NCBI GenBank assembly: GCA_022428185.1
Contig: JAKMCZ010000126.1
Location: forward strand, 1-45,783
Direction: 5' to 3'
Source of the DNA: Alphaproteobacteria bacterium
GTDB lineage: Bacteria > Pseudomonadota > Alphaproteobacteria > RS24
Length of the DNA stretch: 45,783 bases
Below are positions 8,746-19,440 of this stretch, in pieces; position 1 is the first letter of the stretch, and each line of letters begins with the position of its first letter. Under the pieces are notes generated by a model, which saw only the letters and a program-made list of their open reading frames with translations, made no database searches and was not told the DNA's origin. Position numbers and translations under genes: made by a program.

Positions 8746-9957
8746 TTAGCCTGCTAACGCACCTTTTTCAGCCAATGCGTCAATCGCGGTGTCGTCAAAG
8801 CCCAATTCGCGCATAATTTCGCGGCTGTGTTGTCCGTGGCTTGGGCTTGGTTCCGCTAAAGAGGTTGCCGCGCCGGAAAACAAAACCGGCGGGGTTGGCG
8901 CGGTCAGCTTGCCCATATTTTCGGTGACATAGGTTTCCAGTGCACCGATGGCTTGCACTTGTTCATTGTGACTAACCGTGCTGCGGGTTTCGCATTGCGT
9001 GCTTGGAATATCGGCAGCCTCAAACGCGCTCATCACCTCAGCCATTGAAAGCTCGGTCACACCAGCCTTCAGCACTTTCATAATATCGGGCAGGTTCATC
9101 ATTCGCGCGGGCAGGTTGGCAAAGCGCTCATCATCTTTCAAATCTTCGCGATCAATCAGTTTCAAAATCGCTTCCCAATGGTTATCGGTCAAAGCGGTGC
9201 AGGCAATCGAGCCGTCTTTTGTGTTGAGCACTTGATAGCTTTCCGACATGGGCGGCATGTCGAGCACATCATCATCATGCAGCGTGTGCCCCATCATGCC
9301 GTCGGGCCACATGAAAGCGAGGCAGGCATGCAGCATGGAAATATCAATATGTTGGCCTTCGCCGGTGCTGGCGCGCGCCACCAGCGCCGCCGTGGCAGCT
9401 TGCGCTACCGTATAGGCGGTCACCTTGTCGCAAATCAGCATTTTGATGAAGTCATAATCAGGGTCGCCCTCATAGTCGCCGCCTTGCATACCAGTGAGGC
9501 CGCTAATGCCCTGAATGACATGGTCATAAGCCGGACGATGTGCCAACGGGCCGACCGTGCCGAAACCGGTGACCGATACATTGACCAGACGCGGATTAAG
9601 CGCGTGCATCACCTCGGCGCCAATGCCCAGCGCATCCATTACGCCCGGGCGATAATTGTTCAGCATAATATCGGCATCAGCAGCCAGTCGCTTGACCGCC
9701 TCAAGCCCGCTTTCGTTTTTCAGGTCGATAGCCAGCGAGCGTTTGCCGCGATTGCAATTATGAAACAGTGCCGATTGACCGTTTTTTTGACTGCCGACAT
9801 AGCGCATCGGGTCGCCCATCAGCACCGGTTCGACTTTCACCACTTCAGCACCTTGCGAGCGCATCATCATCGCTGCCAAAGAGCAGGTTATCATGGTCGA
9901 CATTTCGACGACACGCAGCCCTGCAAGTGGTTTTTCAGCTGTCGGTTTATCACTCAT
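8746..9957 (-). CDS. CoA-transferase family III (CaiB/BaiF)
   Basis: PLAGLRVVE, GAEVVKVEP..GDPMR, NRGKRSLAIDLK, PAYDHVIQ. Confidence 0.95.
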   Translation of the reverse strand: MSDKPTAEKPLAGLRVVEMSTMITCSLAAMMMRSQGAEVVKVEPVLMGDPMRYVGSQKNGQSALFHNCNRGKRSLAIDLKNESGLEAVKRLAADADIMLNNYRPGVMDALGIGAEVMHALNPRLVNVSVTGFGTVGPLAHRPAYDHVIQGISGLTGMQGGDYEGDPDYDFIKMLICDKVTAYTVAQAATAALVARASTGEGQHIDISMLHACLAFMWPDGMMGHTLHDDDVLDMPPMSESYQVLNTKDGSIACTALTDNHWEAILKLIDREDLKDDERFANLPARMMNLPDIMKVLKAGVTELSMAEVMSAFEAADIPSTQCETRSTVSHNEQVQAIGALETYVTENMGKLTAPTPPVLFSGAATSLAEPSPSHGQHSREIMRELGFDDTAIDALAEKGALAG

Positions 9958-9984
9958 TACGCCCTCCCAAACACAATTTCAAAA

Positions 9985-10013
9985 ATGCTAGGAGAGAGAA
10001 TGAGCGTGGTCAA
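9985..10013 (-). promoter_or_regulatory. Sigma70-type promoter for the CoA-transferase gene
   Basis: Minus strand TTGACC-N17-TAGCAT, ending 28 nt upstream of the ATG at 9957. Confidence 0.55.
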
Positions 10014-10033
10014 TAGGCGACAAGCGCATCAGC

Positions 10034-11191
10034 CTAAAGGCCCATCAGACGAACACTCAAATCGCGCATGATTTCTTCCGAACCGCCGCCAATCGCTTGC
10101 ACTTTAACTTCGCGGTAAATCCGTTCGACCGCATTGCCACGCAAATAACCCGCGCCGCCCATAATCTGCATCGCGTCGCTGGCATTTTTTTCAAGATTGG
10201 TTGAGCAGAAAAATTTCAGTTTGGAAATTTCAGCCAAGGCTTTTTCGCCACGATTGAACAACTCACCGACCTGATTGAGGTAAGCGTCCATCGCGTCAAT
10301 GCGCGCCGATATATCAGCCAGCTTGTGGCGTATGACCTGATGGGTGATGAGTTTGTCGCCAAAGGTTTCGCGGTCTTGCGCGTAAGCTACGCAATCATCG
10401 AACAGGCGCATCGACATGCCGGTCATCTGCGCCGCCATCAAATAACGCTCATAGTTGAAATTATTCATAATGGCGTAAAAGCCCTTATTTTCTTCGCCCA
10501 TTAAATGGTCGGCAGGGACCCGACAGTCGTCGAAATACAGCGTCGCCGTATCCGATGCCCACCAGCCCATTTTGCGCTCAATCGGTGTGCGCGAAAAACC
10601 GGGCGCGTCGGCATCGACGAAAAACAGCGAAATGCCACCCATGCCTTGCGATTTGGCATCGTCGCCACCGGTGCGCGCGGCAACCACGAAATAGCTGGCT
10701 TGCATGCCGCCAGTGATGAACATTTTCTGGCCGTTCAACACCCATTCATTGCCGTCTTTGCGCGCCGTGGTTTTGATATTGGCAACGTCCGATCCGCCGC
10801 CCGGCTCGGTAATGCCTAGCGCGCCGCCTTTTTTACCCGACAGCAAATCCGGTAGCGCGCGCGCTTTAATCTCATCATTGGCAAGCTCGGTCAGCGGCTT
10901 CAGCATGATAGAGCGCGAACCGACACTCGCCATCACGCCACCGGCCGACGACCGCCCCATCTCAATGCCGACCGCTTTGCGCATATGCATATCGTCAAAG
11001 CCCAGTCCGCCATATTCTTCCGGAATGTCGAAGCCGAAAACGCCAAGCGCGCAGACCTTCTCATTGACCTCATGCGGATAGCAACCCGCTTCGTCCCAGT
11101 CATCGACATGCGGATTTATCTCAGTTTCCATGAATTTGCGCACACTATCTTGAAAGGCGCGGCGCTCTTCGGTCTCAAACGGGTTCAGCAT
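10034..11191 (-). CDS. atuD: Acyl-CoA dehydrogenase, probable citronellyl-CoA dehydrogenase AtuD-like
   Basis: ITEPGGGSDVA, NGQKMFITGG, MGWWASDTA, FNYER, AIGGGSEEIM; divergent from atuA. Confidence 0.75.
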   Translation of the reverse strand: MLNPFETEERRAFQDSVRKFMETEINPHVDDWDEAGCYPHEVNEKVCALGVFGFDIPEEYGGLGFDDMHMRKAVGIEMGRSSAGGVMASVGSRSIMLKPLTELANDEIKARALPDLLSGKKGGALGITEPGGGSDVANIKTTARKDGNEWVLNGQKMFITGGMQASYFVVAARTGGDDAKSQGMGGISLFFVDADAPGFSRTPIERKMGWWASDTATLYFDDCRVPADHLMGEENKGFYAIMNNFNYERYLMAAQMTGMSMRLFDDCVAYAQDRETFGDKLITHQVIRHKLADISARIDAMDAYLNQVGELFNRGEKALAEISKLKFFCSTNLEKNASDAMQIMGGAGYLRGNAVERIYREVKVQAIGGGSEEIMRDLSVRLMGL

Positions 11192-11295
11192 GGTTTTCCT
11201 CCAGCGAAAACATCAGCAAAAAGAGACGCATATGGTGGCCTGTTCGTCTTTACAAAGCAAGTTTGCGCGTTAACATTCCGGCGCAGGGAGATTTT

Positions 11296-13077
11296 ATGGG
11301 AAACGCAATAAGAATTGGCGGTGCCAGCGGCTATTGGGGTGAAAGCATGATGGCGACGCCGCAGCTTTTACAGGTCGAGGGCATGGATTATCTGGTCTAT
11401 GATTTTCTGGCCGAGATTACCATGTCGATTTTGGCGCGGGCGCGGAGCAATAATCCCGATGCCGGATTTGCCACTGATTTTATCACCGGCGTGTTGAAGC
11501 CGAATTTGCGCGAGATTGCTGAAAAGCGCGTCAAAATTTTGACCAATGCGGGCGGGGTCAATCCTGCCGCCTGTGGCGCGGCGGCGCGCGCCTTGATTGC
11601 CGAGGCCGGACTGGAATTGAAAGTTGCCGTCATCAGCGGTGATGACCTAATCGACCGAAACGCCGATTTTGCCGACAAAAAAGACATGTTTTCAGGCAGT
11701 GACTGTCCGCCGACCGAGACGCTGGCAAGCGTGAACGCTTATCTTGGTGGTTTTCCGGTCGCCGCCGCGCTTGATGCGGGGGCTGATATTGTCATTACCG
11801 GTCGCAGCGTCGACAGCGCGGTGACATTGGGTGCATGTATCCATGCGTTTGGCTGGCAAGCGAGCGATTTGGACAAATTGGCGGCAGGGTCGCTCGCCGG
11901 TCATATTATCGAATGTGGGCCGCAAGCGAGCGGCGGAAATTTCACCGACTGGCGGCTATCGGGCGATATTGCCGATATCGGCTATCCGTTTATTGATATT
12001 GATGCCGAGGGCGTGTTCAGCGTGTCGAAGCCTGAGGGCACGAGCGGGGTGGTTAATGTCGGCACGGTGTCGGAACAAATGCTTTACGAAATCGGCGACC
12101 CGCAAGCCTATTTGCTGCCCGATGTAACCTGCGATTTCGCGCAAGTGACGATTGAGGAAACCGCGCCCGATACGGTGCGCGTTGCCAATGCAAAGGGCAC
12201 GACACCGCCCGACAGCTATAAAGTGTGTGCCACTTATGCTGATGGCTTTCGGGCCGGAACGCTGATGAGTTTTGTCGGCATTGATGCGGCTCCAAAAGCG
12301 CGCCATTTTGCCGATGCCGCTTTTGCGCGCGCGCGCGCCGTGTTGCGGCAGCACAATCTGGCGGATTATAGCGAGACCAGCGTTGAAGTTTTGGGCGATG
12401 ACAGCCAGTTTGGTGATGCGACCGCCAATCCGGTGAGCCGCGAAGTGGTTTTGAAAATTGCCGCCAAACATGACACGCAAGCCGGTTGTGGCGCGCTGCT
12501 GAAAGAAATAAGCGGCCTCGGTTTAGCCACCCCCGCCGGTCTGTCAATTTTTGCCGGTTCGCGCGCCAAGCCGTCGCCGGTTGTGCGCTTGTTTTCCTTC
12601 CTGCTGCCAAAGGGTGAGCTTGCCATTGATATTGACGTCGACGGCACAGTGACAAAATTTAGCGAGGCGCAAGCCGTGTCAGGTGACGCGCCGCCAAGCA
12701 TTGGCGCGCCAGATGCGCCCGAACAGGGCGGCACGGTCGACGTGCCTCTGGTCAAGCTGGCTTGGGGACGTTCGGGCGATAAAGGCAATAAAGCCAATAT
12801 TGGCATTATCGCGCGCGATGCCGCTTACATGCCCTATATTTGGGCGGCGTTGGACGAAGCGACCATTCGCAAGCGTTTCGGGCATTTTATGGCTGAGGGT
12901 AGTGGCTTCAAACGCTATTATCTGCCCGGCAGCCATGCGATGAATATTTTAATTGATGAAGCGTTGGGCGGCGGCGGCACTGCCAGCCTGCGCAATGACC
13001 CGCAGGGTAAGGCCTATGCACAAATCCTGCTTGATCACCCTATTGCCATTCCGGAAAACCTAGCGGAGTCCCTCTAA
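11296..13077 (+). CDS. atuA: Acyclic terpene utilisation protein AtuA
   Basis: IRIGGASGYWG, YDFLAEITMSILARAR, GHIIECGPQASGGNFTDW, RSGDKGN, SLRNDPQGK; GGGAG SD. Confidence 0.93.
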   Translation: MGNAIRIGGASGYWGESMMATPQLLQVEGMDYLVYDFLAEITMSILARARSNNPDAGFATDFITGVLKPNLREIAEKRVKILTNAGGVNPAACGAAARALIAEAGLELKVAVISGDDLIDRNADFADKKDMFSGSDCPPTETLASVNAYLGGFPVAAALDAGADIVITGRSVDSAVTLGACIHAFGWQASDLDKLAAGSLAGHIIECGPQASGGNFTDWRLSGDIADIGYPFIDIDAEGVFSVSKPEGTSGVVNVGTVSEQMLYEIGDPQAYLLPDVTCDFAQVTIEETAPDTVRVANAKGTTPPDSYKVCATYADGFRAGTLMSFVGIDAAPKARHFADAAFARARAVLRQHNLADYSETSVEVLGDDSQFGDATANPVSREVVLKIAAKHDTQAGCGALLKEISGLGLATPAGLSIFAGSRAKPSPVVRLFSFLLPKGELAIDIDVDGTVTKFSEAQAVSGDAPPSIGAPDAPEQGGTVDVPLVKLAWGRSGDKGNKANIGIIARDAAYMPYIWAALDEATIRKRFGHFMAEGSGFKRYYLPGSHAMNILIDEALGGGGTASLRNDPQGKAYAQILLDHPIAIPENLAESL

Positions 13078-14699
13078 TGTCGGTGTTTGAATCAAAACTG
13101 GATACAAAATCAGAAACCTATGCGAAAAACCGCGACGGGCAGCTTGAGAAAATAGCCCATTTGCGCATGCTGGAAGCGCGCGCCGAGGCGGCATCAGAAA
13201 AGCGTCGCCCGCGTTTTGAGGAGCGCGGTCAGTTAACCCCGCGCGATCGTTTGGCGCAATTGCTTGACCCGGGCATGCCCTATTTGCCGCTTTACAATAT
13301 GGCGAGCTATTGCGTCGATGACCCTGACCGCGACACGTCGATACCCGGCGGCTCGGTGCTGGCGGGCATCGGTTATGTATCGGGTGTGCGCTGCATGGTC
13401 TGTGTCGCTGATAGCGGCATTAATGCCGGTGCGGCAACCGAAATGGGCTTCCGTAAAAATTTGGAAGCCATGAAAATTGCCTTGCAGAATAAGTTGCCTT
13501 TCATTCATCTGGTGGAAAGCGCCGGTGCCAATCTGATGCAATATAAAGTCGAGCTATGGGCGCATGGCGGCGGCGTGTTTTGCAGTCTCGGTCGCCTGAG
13601 TGCGGCGGGGATTCCGACCATGACCGTGCTGCACGGCCCATCGACAGCGGGCGGGGCGTATATGCCCGGCATGTCTGATTATAATGTTGGCGTCAAACAT
13701 AATGGCATGGCCGCTTTGGGCGGCGCGGCATTGGTGCAGGCGGCAACCGGCGAGATAGCCGATGAGCGTCAACTTGGGGGCAGCGAAATGCATGCCTCGG
13801 TTTCAGGCTTGATTGAATATTTGGCTGAAGATGATGCGGACGGGCTGCGTCAGATTCGCGATGTGGTCGCCAATATCGGTTGGAATGAGCATTGCGCCCC
13901 TTTGCCGGAGCGCGATTTTGCGGAGCCGCTTTATGATGCCGAAGAAATTTTAGGTCTGGTGCCGGTGGATTATAAAATCCCTTATGACAGCCGCGAATTG
14001 ATAGCGCGTCTGGTTGACGGTTCAGAATTCACCGAATTCAAATCGCGCTTTGGTCCGAATTTGGTTTGTGTGCAAACCCGTATATTCGGTCATCCGGTCG
14101 GGTTGGTCGCGAATAATGGCCCGATGGGCCCCGATGAAGCAGCCAAAGGCGCGCATTTTTTCCAGATTGTCGATCAAGCAAACACACCGCTGGTGTTTCT
14201 CAATAATATCACCGGCTATATGGTCGGCACGGAATATGAGCAAAAAGGCATGATTAAGCACGGCTCGAAAATGATTCAAGCGGTGTCGAATATTCGTGTT
14301 CCGAAATTGTCATTTTATGTCGGCGCGTCTTACGGCGCGGGCAATTATGGCATGGCGGGTTATGGCTTTGACCCGGATTTTCTCTTCACTTGGCCCGGCG
14401 CAATGACCGGTGTGATGAGCGGTGAAAGCGCGGCGGGAACGATGGAGACGGTGGCGCTCAATGCTGCCAAACGGCGCGGTGTCGAACCGGATATGGAGGC
14501 GTTAGCCAAGCAGCGCGCCGCTATTGAAGCTGTTTTCGCGGCGCAAGAAGATGCGTTTTTCACGTCCGGTCGGTTGCTTGACCACGGGGTTGTCGACCCG
14601 CGCGACACGCGCAAGATTTTGGGCTTTACGCTGGAAACGATTTGGGAGCGCGAACACCGCACGCTGAACCCCAACGCTTTCGGCGTTGGCAGAATGTAA
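13077..14699 (+). CDS. atuC: Geranyl-CoA carboxylase carboxyltransferase subunit AtuC
   Basis: LVESAGANL, HGPSTAGGAYMPG, GMIKHGSKMIQAV; TAATG coupling to atuA. Confidence 0.9.
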   Translation: MSVFESKLDTKSETYAKNRDGQLEKIAHLRMLEARAEAASEKRRPRFEERGQLTPRDRLAQLLDPGMPYLPLYNMASYCVDDPDRDTSIPGGSVLAGIGYVSGVRCMVCVADSGINAGAATEMGFRKNLEAMKIALQNKLPFIHLVESAGANLMQYKVELWAHGGGVFCSLGRLSAAGIPTMTVLHGPSTAGGAYMPGMSDYNVGVKHNGMAALGGAALVQAATGEIADERQLGGSEMHASVSGLIEYLAEDDADGLRQIRDVVANIGWNEHCAPLPERDFAEPLYDAEEILGLVPVDYKIPYDSRELIARLVDGSEFTEFKSRFGPNLVCVQTRIFGHPVGLVANNGPMGPDEAAKGAHFFQIVDQANTPLVFLNNITGYMVGTEYEQKGMIKHGSKMIQAVSNIRVPKLSFYVGASYGAGNYGMAGYGFDPDFLFTWPGAMTGVMSGESAAGTMETVALNAAKRRGVEPDMEALAKQRAAIEAVFAAQEDAFFTSGRLLDHGVVDPRDTRKILGFTLETIWEREHRTLNPNAFGVGRM

Positions 14700-14720
14700 T
14701 TGGGAATTAGGGAGAGCGTC

Positions 14721-15524
14721 ATGCAAGCACCGGATACAAGCGTTGTCATTTTGGAAGAAGACCGCGATTGGGCGACCGTCTGGCTTAACCGCCCCGAGGT
14801 GCGCAATGCCATGTCGGACGAGTTGATGAGCGATTTGCAGGCGATTTTTGATTATCTGAAAACCCGCAAGGATATTCGCGGCATCACCGTGCGCGGCAAA
14901 GGCGAGGCGTTTTGTGCCGGTGGTGATTTGAAGGGCTTTAAGAATAATTTCCAGGCCGTGCGAACGGACGAAGAAGTTATTGAGGACAATTCCAAAATGG
15001 GGCGTTTCTTTTTGACCGTGCGCTCTATGCCGCAAGTGATTATTTTCGTGCTGCACGGCGCGGCGATGGCGGGCGGTCTGGGTATGGCCTCTGCTGCCGA
15101 TATTGTGATTGCCGTTAAGGATACCAAAATGGCACTGACTGAAACCGCTATCGGCATTGTGCCGGCGCAAATCGGTCGCTATATCGTCGCCCGAACCGGC
15201 GATATTAAAGCGCGCCGCATCATGCTGACCGGACATCGTTTTACCGCGCTTGAAGGGGCTGATTATGGGCTCGTCGATTTTGCCGTTGATGATATGCAAG
15301 CGGCTGAGGCGCAACTTGCCGATTTGGTGGCCGGCGTGCGCCGTTGTGCGCCCGGTGCTAATGCGGCGACCAAAGAATTGCTGGAAGCCAATAAACATCT
15401 CGATGACACCGCGATGATACGTTATGCGGGCGAAGCATTTTCAAAAAGCGTGAAGAGCGAAGAAGGCGAAGAGGGTGTTGCGTCATTTCTTGAAAAGCGC
15501 AAACCGAATTGGGTGCAGGAATAA
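14721..15524 (+). CDS. atuE: Enoyl-CoA hydratase, isohexenylglutaconyl-CoA hydratase AtuE-like
   Basis: LNRPEVRNAMS, FCAGGDLK, GAAMAGGLG, FLEKRKPNW; lies between atuC and atuF. Confidence 0.85.
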   Translation: MQAPDTSVVILEEDRDWATVWLNRPEVRNAMSDELMSDLQAIFDYLKTRKDIRGITVRGKGEAFCAGGDLKGFKNNFQAVRTDEEVIEDNSKMGRFFLTVRSMPQVIIFVLHGAAMAGGLGMASAADIVIAVKDTKMALTETAIGIVPAQIGRYIVARTGDIKARRIMLTGHRFTALEGADYGLVDFAVDDMQAAEAQLADLVAGVRRCAPGANAATKELLEANKHLDDTAMIRYAGEAFSKSVKSEEGEEGVASFLEKRKPNWVQE

Positions 15525-15526
15525 TC

Positions 15527-17530
15527 ATGTCGAGCGTTAAAAATTCCATTCGAAAAATTTTAATCGCCAATCGCGGCGAGATTGCCTGCCGCGTTATGCG
15601 CACAGCGCGCGATTTAGGTATTCGCACGGTTGCGGTTTATTCAGAGGCTGACGCCGACGCGCCGCATGTGCAAATGGCCGATGAAGCGGTGCTTATCGGC
15701 GCAAGCCCGGTCGGTCAGTCTTATTTGGTAGCTGAGAAAATTCTCGATGCAGCCAAACAAACCGGCGCTGATGCCATTCACCCGGGCTACGGTTTTTTGT
15801 CTGAAAATGCGGAATTTTCAGCCACAGTCGAGAAAGCCGGATTGACGTTTATCGGCCCGACGGCAGAAGCCATCGACCTGATGGGCAATAAAGCGGCTGC
15901 CAAACGGCGCATGATAGAAGCCGGCGTGCCTTGTGTGCCGGGCTATGAGGGCGAAGACCAAAGCGACAAAGTTTTGCTGGCTGAGGGTAAGAAAATCGGC
16001 TTTCCGGTGATGGTGAAAGCGGCTGCGGGCGGTGGCGGGCGCGGCATGCGTCTGGTTGATGGCGCAGACGGGTTGGAGGCGGCGATATCCACCGCGCGCT
16101 CGGAAGCCGAAAATGCTTTCGGTTCGGGCGAGTTGATTTTGGAAAAAGCGATTGTCAAACCGCGCCATGTCGAAATTCAGGTTTTTGCTGACACGCATGG
16201 CAATACGATTCATTTGGGCGAGCGCGATTGCTCGGTGCAAAGACGCCACCAAAAAGTGATTGAGGAAGCCCCTTGTCCGGTGATGACCGACACGCTGCGC
16301 GCCGATATGGGCAATGCGGCGGTTGAAGCTGCCAAATCAATTAACTATCGCGGCGCGGGAACGGTCGAGTTCCTGCTCGATGCCGATGGCAGTTTCTATT
16401 TCCTTGAAATGAACACGCGCTTGCAGGTCGAGCATCCGGTGACCGAAGAAGTGACCGGGCTTGACCTGGTCGCGCTGCAAATAAAAGTGGCTGAGGGCGA
16501 CACGCTGGGTCTGATGCAAGATGATGTGACGCTTAGCGGTCATTCCATCGAAGTGCGGCTTTATGCTGAAGACACGACCAATGGCTTTTTGCCCAGCACC
16601 GGCACAGTGGCTTGTTTTGAGCAAGTGGCGCGCGATGGTGTGCGTTACGATACGGGTATTCGCGGCGGGCAGGACATTACGCCGTTTTATGACCCGATGA
16701 TTGCCAAGCTGATTACCACCGGCCCGACCCGCGAGGCAGCGCGCAAGCTGATGGTCGAAGCGCTGACGGATACGGCTTTGTTCGGCCCGAAAACCAATCG
16801 TGATTTTCTGATTGCCTGTCTGGAGAAAGGTGATTTTATCTCCGGTGATTTTTCGACCGCGTTTATTGCAGAAAACTTTACCGAGGCTGAATTGGCAGCC
16901 CCCGAAGCCGATGCTACCGCGCTGGCAATTTTGGCGGTGCGCCATTTCATCTGCGACCATCAGCAGGCGCGCGCGCGCGCCATGAATGTGCCGCAAGGTT
17001 TGGTCAATTTCACCAGCGATGATGCGTTGCGTACGCCCTATAAGCTGGCGATTGGCGAAGATGAAACATCATTGTCCGTGCGCTCGAAAAAACCGCGCCA
17101 TTACAGCGTGCATATTGGCGATGAGGTTATCGATCTGACCATTGAGGCGCATAGCGGCACGCATATGGTGTTGGCCGGCAATGGGCAGCAATTTACCAGT
17201 CAAGCTTATCTGCATGGTGAGACCTTATTCGCGACGATTGATGGGGCCAGCTATCGCTGTAGCAATATGTTGATGCGTAATGCGGCGGCTGAGGAAACCG
17301 GCGATGGCAGTAAAGTAACGGCACCGATGCACGGCAAAATAATCGACCTGTTTGTCAAAAAGGGCGATGCGATTTCGGTCGGTGACCGCTTGGCAATCAT
17401 TGAAGCAATGAAAATGCAGCACGAGATTTTGGCGAGTGTCGATGGCACGGTTGACGACGTGTTGGTTGTTGCTGACGCGCAAGTAGCAGCCGATGATTTG
17501 ATGATAAGCATTGATACGGGCGAAGAGTAG
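15527..17530 (+). CDS. atuF: Geranyl-CoA carboxylase alpha subunit AtuF (BC-BT-BCCP)
   Basis: ANRGEIACR, HPGYGFLSEN, ERDCSVQRRHQK, EMNTRLQVEHPVTE, C-terminal EAMKM. Confidence 0.9.
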   Translation: MSSVKNSIRKILIANRGEIACRVMRTARDLGIRTVAVYSEADADAPHVQMADEAVLIGASPVGQSYLVAEKILDAAKQTGADAIHPGYGFLSENAEFSATVEKAGLTFIGPTAEAIDLMGNKAAAKRRMIEAGVPCVPGYEGEDQSDKVLLAEGKKIGFPVMVKAAAGGGGRGMRLVDGADGLEAAISTARSEAENAFGSGELILEKAIVKPRHVEIQVFADTHGNTIHLGERDCSVQRRHQKVIEEAPCPVMTDTLRADMGNAAVEAAKSINYRGAGTVEFLLDADGSFYFLEMNTRLQVEHPVTEEVTGLDLVALQIKVAEGDTLGLMQDDVTLSGHSIEVRLYAEDTTNGFLPSTGTVACFEQVARDGVRYDTGIRGGQDITPFYDPMIAKLITTGPTREAARKLMVEALTDTALFGPKTNRDFLIACLEKGDFISGDFSTAFIAENFTEAELAAPEADATALAILAVRHFICDHQQARARAMNVPQGLVNFTSDDALRTPYKLAIGEDETSLSVRSKKPRHYSVHIGDEVIDLTIEAHSGTHMVLAGNGQQFTSQAYLHGETLFATIDGASYRCSNMLMRNAAAEETGDGSKVTAPMHGKIIDLFVKKGDAISVGDRLAIIEAMKMQHEILASVDGTVDDVLVVADAQVAADDLMISIDTGEE

Positions 17531-17551
17531 AAATCAGACGAGGAGACGACC

Positions 17552-18349
17552 ATGTTGCAAGAAGCACTGGATTTTAAAGCGGAATGCGATGCGCTTTACG
17601 CATTGATGAAAGATTTGGACGATGCATCGTTTGATGCGCCAACCCAGTTTAAGGGGTGGACGCTCAATAATGTGCTTGAGCATTTGCATATGTGGAACTG
17701 GGCCGCCAATGAGAGCTATGTCGATGAAGAAAATTTTGTCAGTTGGCTTGGCGGTGTGTTGAAAGCGATGGCCGGCAGTGGCGGTATGCGCGATTATGAA
17801 GCGGAATGGAATGGCGGCAAAAAAGGGCAGGAACTACTCGCCATTTGGCACGATTTTTATTCCGATATGGCGGCGCGCTTTGTCGAAGTTGACCCGAAGA
17901 AGCGGTTGAAATGGGCCGGGCCTGATATGAGTGCGCGTTCATCTATCTCGGCGCGGCTCATGGAAACGTGGGCGCATGGGCAAGAGGTTTTTGACCAGCT
18001 TGGTGCGGTGCGCCAAAACACTGACACCATTCGCTCAATCGCGGTTTTGGGAACAAACACATTTGGTTGGACTTATGCGACCCGCGACCAAACGCCGCCG
18101 GGCCCGATGCCTTACGTCAAACTGACCGCCCCGTCGGGTGAAATTTGGCAGTTTGGCGAGCCCTCTGAAGATGAACGTATTGAGGGCGCAGCGGCAGATT
18201 TCTGCCAAGTTGTGACACAGGTGCGAAACATTGCCGACACTGATTTGACCGTCACCGGCACCGTTGCAGAGGATTGGATGTCGAAAGCGCAATGTTTTGC
18301 AGGCGCGCCCGAAACCCCACCTGCGCCGGGTTCGCGCTTCACAAAATAG
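17552..18349 (+). CDS. TIGR03084 family metal-binding protein (MDMPI/DinB-like)
   Basis: GWT...HL, WAGPDMSARSSISARLMETWAHGQ, FCQVVTQVRN, AQCFAG. Confidence 0.88.
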   Translation: MLQEALDFKAECDALYALMKDLDDASFDAPTQFKGWTLNNVLEHLHMWNWAANESYVDEENFVSWLGGVLKAMAGSGGMRDYEAEWNGGKKGQELLAIWHDFYSDMAARFVEVDPKKRLKWAGPDMSARSSISARLMETWAHGQEVFDQLGAVRQNTDTIRSIAVLGTNTFGWTYATRDQTPPGPMPYVKLTAPSGEIWQFGEPSEDERIEGAAADFCQVVTQVRNIADTDLTVTGTVAEDWMSKAQCFAGAPETPPAPGSRFTK

Positions 18350-18390
18350 CCGACGCTTGCTAGACAAAAAATAGAAGAAAGAGATTTTCC

Positions 18391-19422
18391 ATGTCTGAAA
18401 CAATGGCCCAAACGGGCATACAAGCCGCTGATTTTCAACCCGCGCCCGACGCTGTCGAGCCGCGTCATAATTGGACGCGCGATGAGGTTGAGGCGCTGTT
18501 CGCGCTGCCATTTAATGATTTGATTTTTGAGGCGCAAAGCGTTCACCGCCAATGGTTCGATGCCAATGCGGTGCAAAAAAGCACGCTTTTATCGATTAAA
18601 ACCGGCGGCTGTCCGGAAGATTGTAATTATTGCAGTCAAAGCGCCAAATTTGAGACCGGATTAAAAGCAACCAAGCTGATGGATGTCGATGCTGTTTTGG
18701 ACGGCGCGCAGCGCGCCAAAGATGCGGGCGCGTCGCGCTATTGCATGGGTGCAGCTTGGCGCAGCCCGAAAGACCGCGATATGGACGCGGTATGCGAAAT
18801 GATTAAAGGCGTCCGCGCAATGGGCATGGAAACCTGCATGACATTGGGCATGTTGACCCCTGAGCAGGCGGGCAAATTGAAAGAAGCGGGACTTGATTAT
18901 TACAATCATAATGTCGATACGTCGGAAGAATTTTACGGCGAGATTATCACCACGCGCAATTTTGAAGACCGCATCGAAACTATTGGTTATGTGCAAGATG
19001 CCGGCATAAATGTTTGTGCGGGAGGCATTTTGGGTATGGGCGAAGAAGTCGGCGACCGCGCGTCCATGCTGACGACATTGGCAAATTTGAACCCGCAACC
19101 ACAATCAGTGCCGATTAACATGTTGATACCGATTACCGGAACGCCGATGGGCGATAATGAAGCGGTTGACCCGATTGATTTTGTGCGCTGCATCGCCGTT
19201 GCGCGCATTATGATGCCGAAATCCGTCGTGCGGCTATCGGCAGGGCGCGAATGGATGTCGGACGAGACGCAAGCCTTGTGTTTTCTGGCCGGTGCCAATT
19301 CGATTTTTGTCGGGGAGGCTTTGCTGACCACCGCCAATCCACATATTGATAAAGATAACGCATTATTTGAACGGCTCGGGCTAACGCCTATGGCCGCGCA
19401 CAGCTGCCCATCGGCTGTTTAA
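18391..19422 (+). CDS. bioB: Biotin synthase
   Basis: [17 protein letters not shown] radical-SAM motif, [24 protein letters not shown]. Confidence 0.98.
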   Translation: MSETMAQTGIQAADFQPAPDAVEPRHNWTRDEVEALFALPFNDLIFEAQSVHRQWFDANAVQKSTLLSIKTGGCPEDCNYCSQSAKFETGLKATKLMDVDAVLDGAQRAKDAGASRYCMGAAWRSPKDRDMDAVCEMIKGVRAMGMETCMTLGMLTPEQAGKLKEAGLDYYNHNVDTSEEFYGEIITTRNFEDRIETIGYVQDAGINVCAGGILGMGEEVGDRASMLTTLANLNPQPQSVPINMLIPITGTPMGDNEAVDPIDFVRCIAVARIMMPKSVVRLSAGREWMSDETQALCFLAGANSIFVGEALLTTANPHIDKDNALFERLGLTPMAAHSCPSAV

Positions 19423-19440
19423 CCGAAGCAGGAGACAGAT

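Noticed and set aside
9178-10071. 297-aa plus-strand ORF, and similar long ORFs at 14502-15398, 24419-25138, 37473-38369 and 43073-43819
   Set aside because: Antisense shadows of well-supported genes, with no recognisable motifs.
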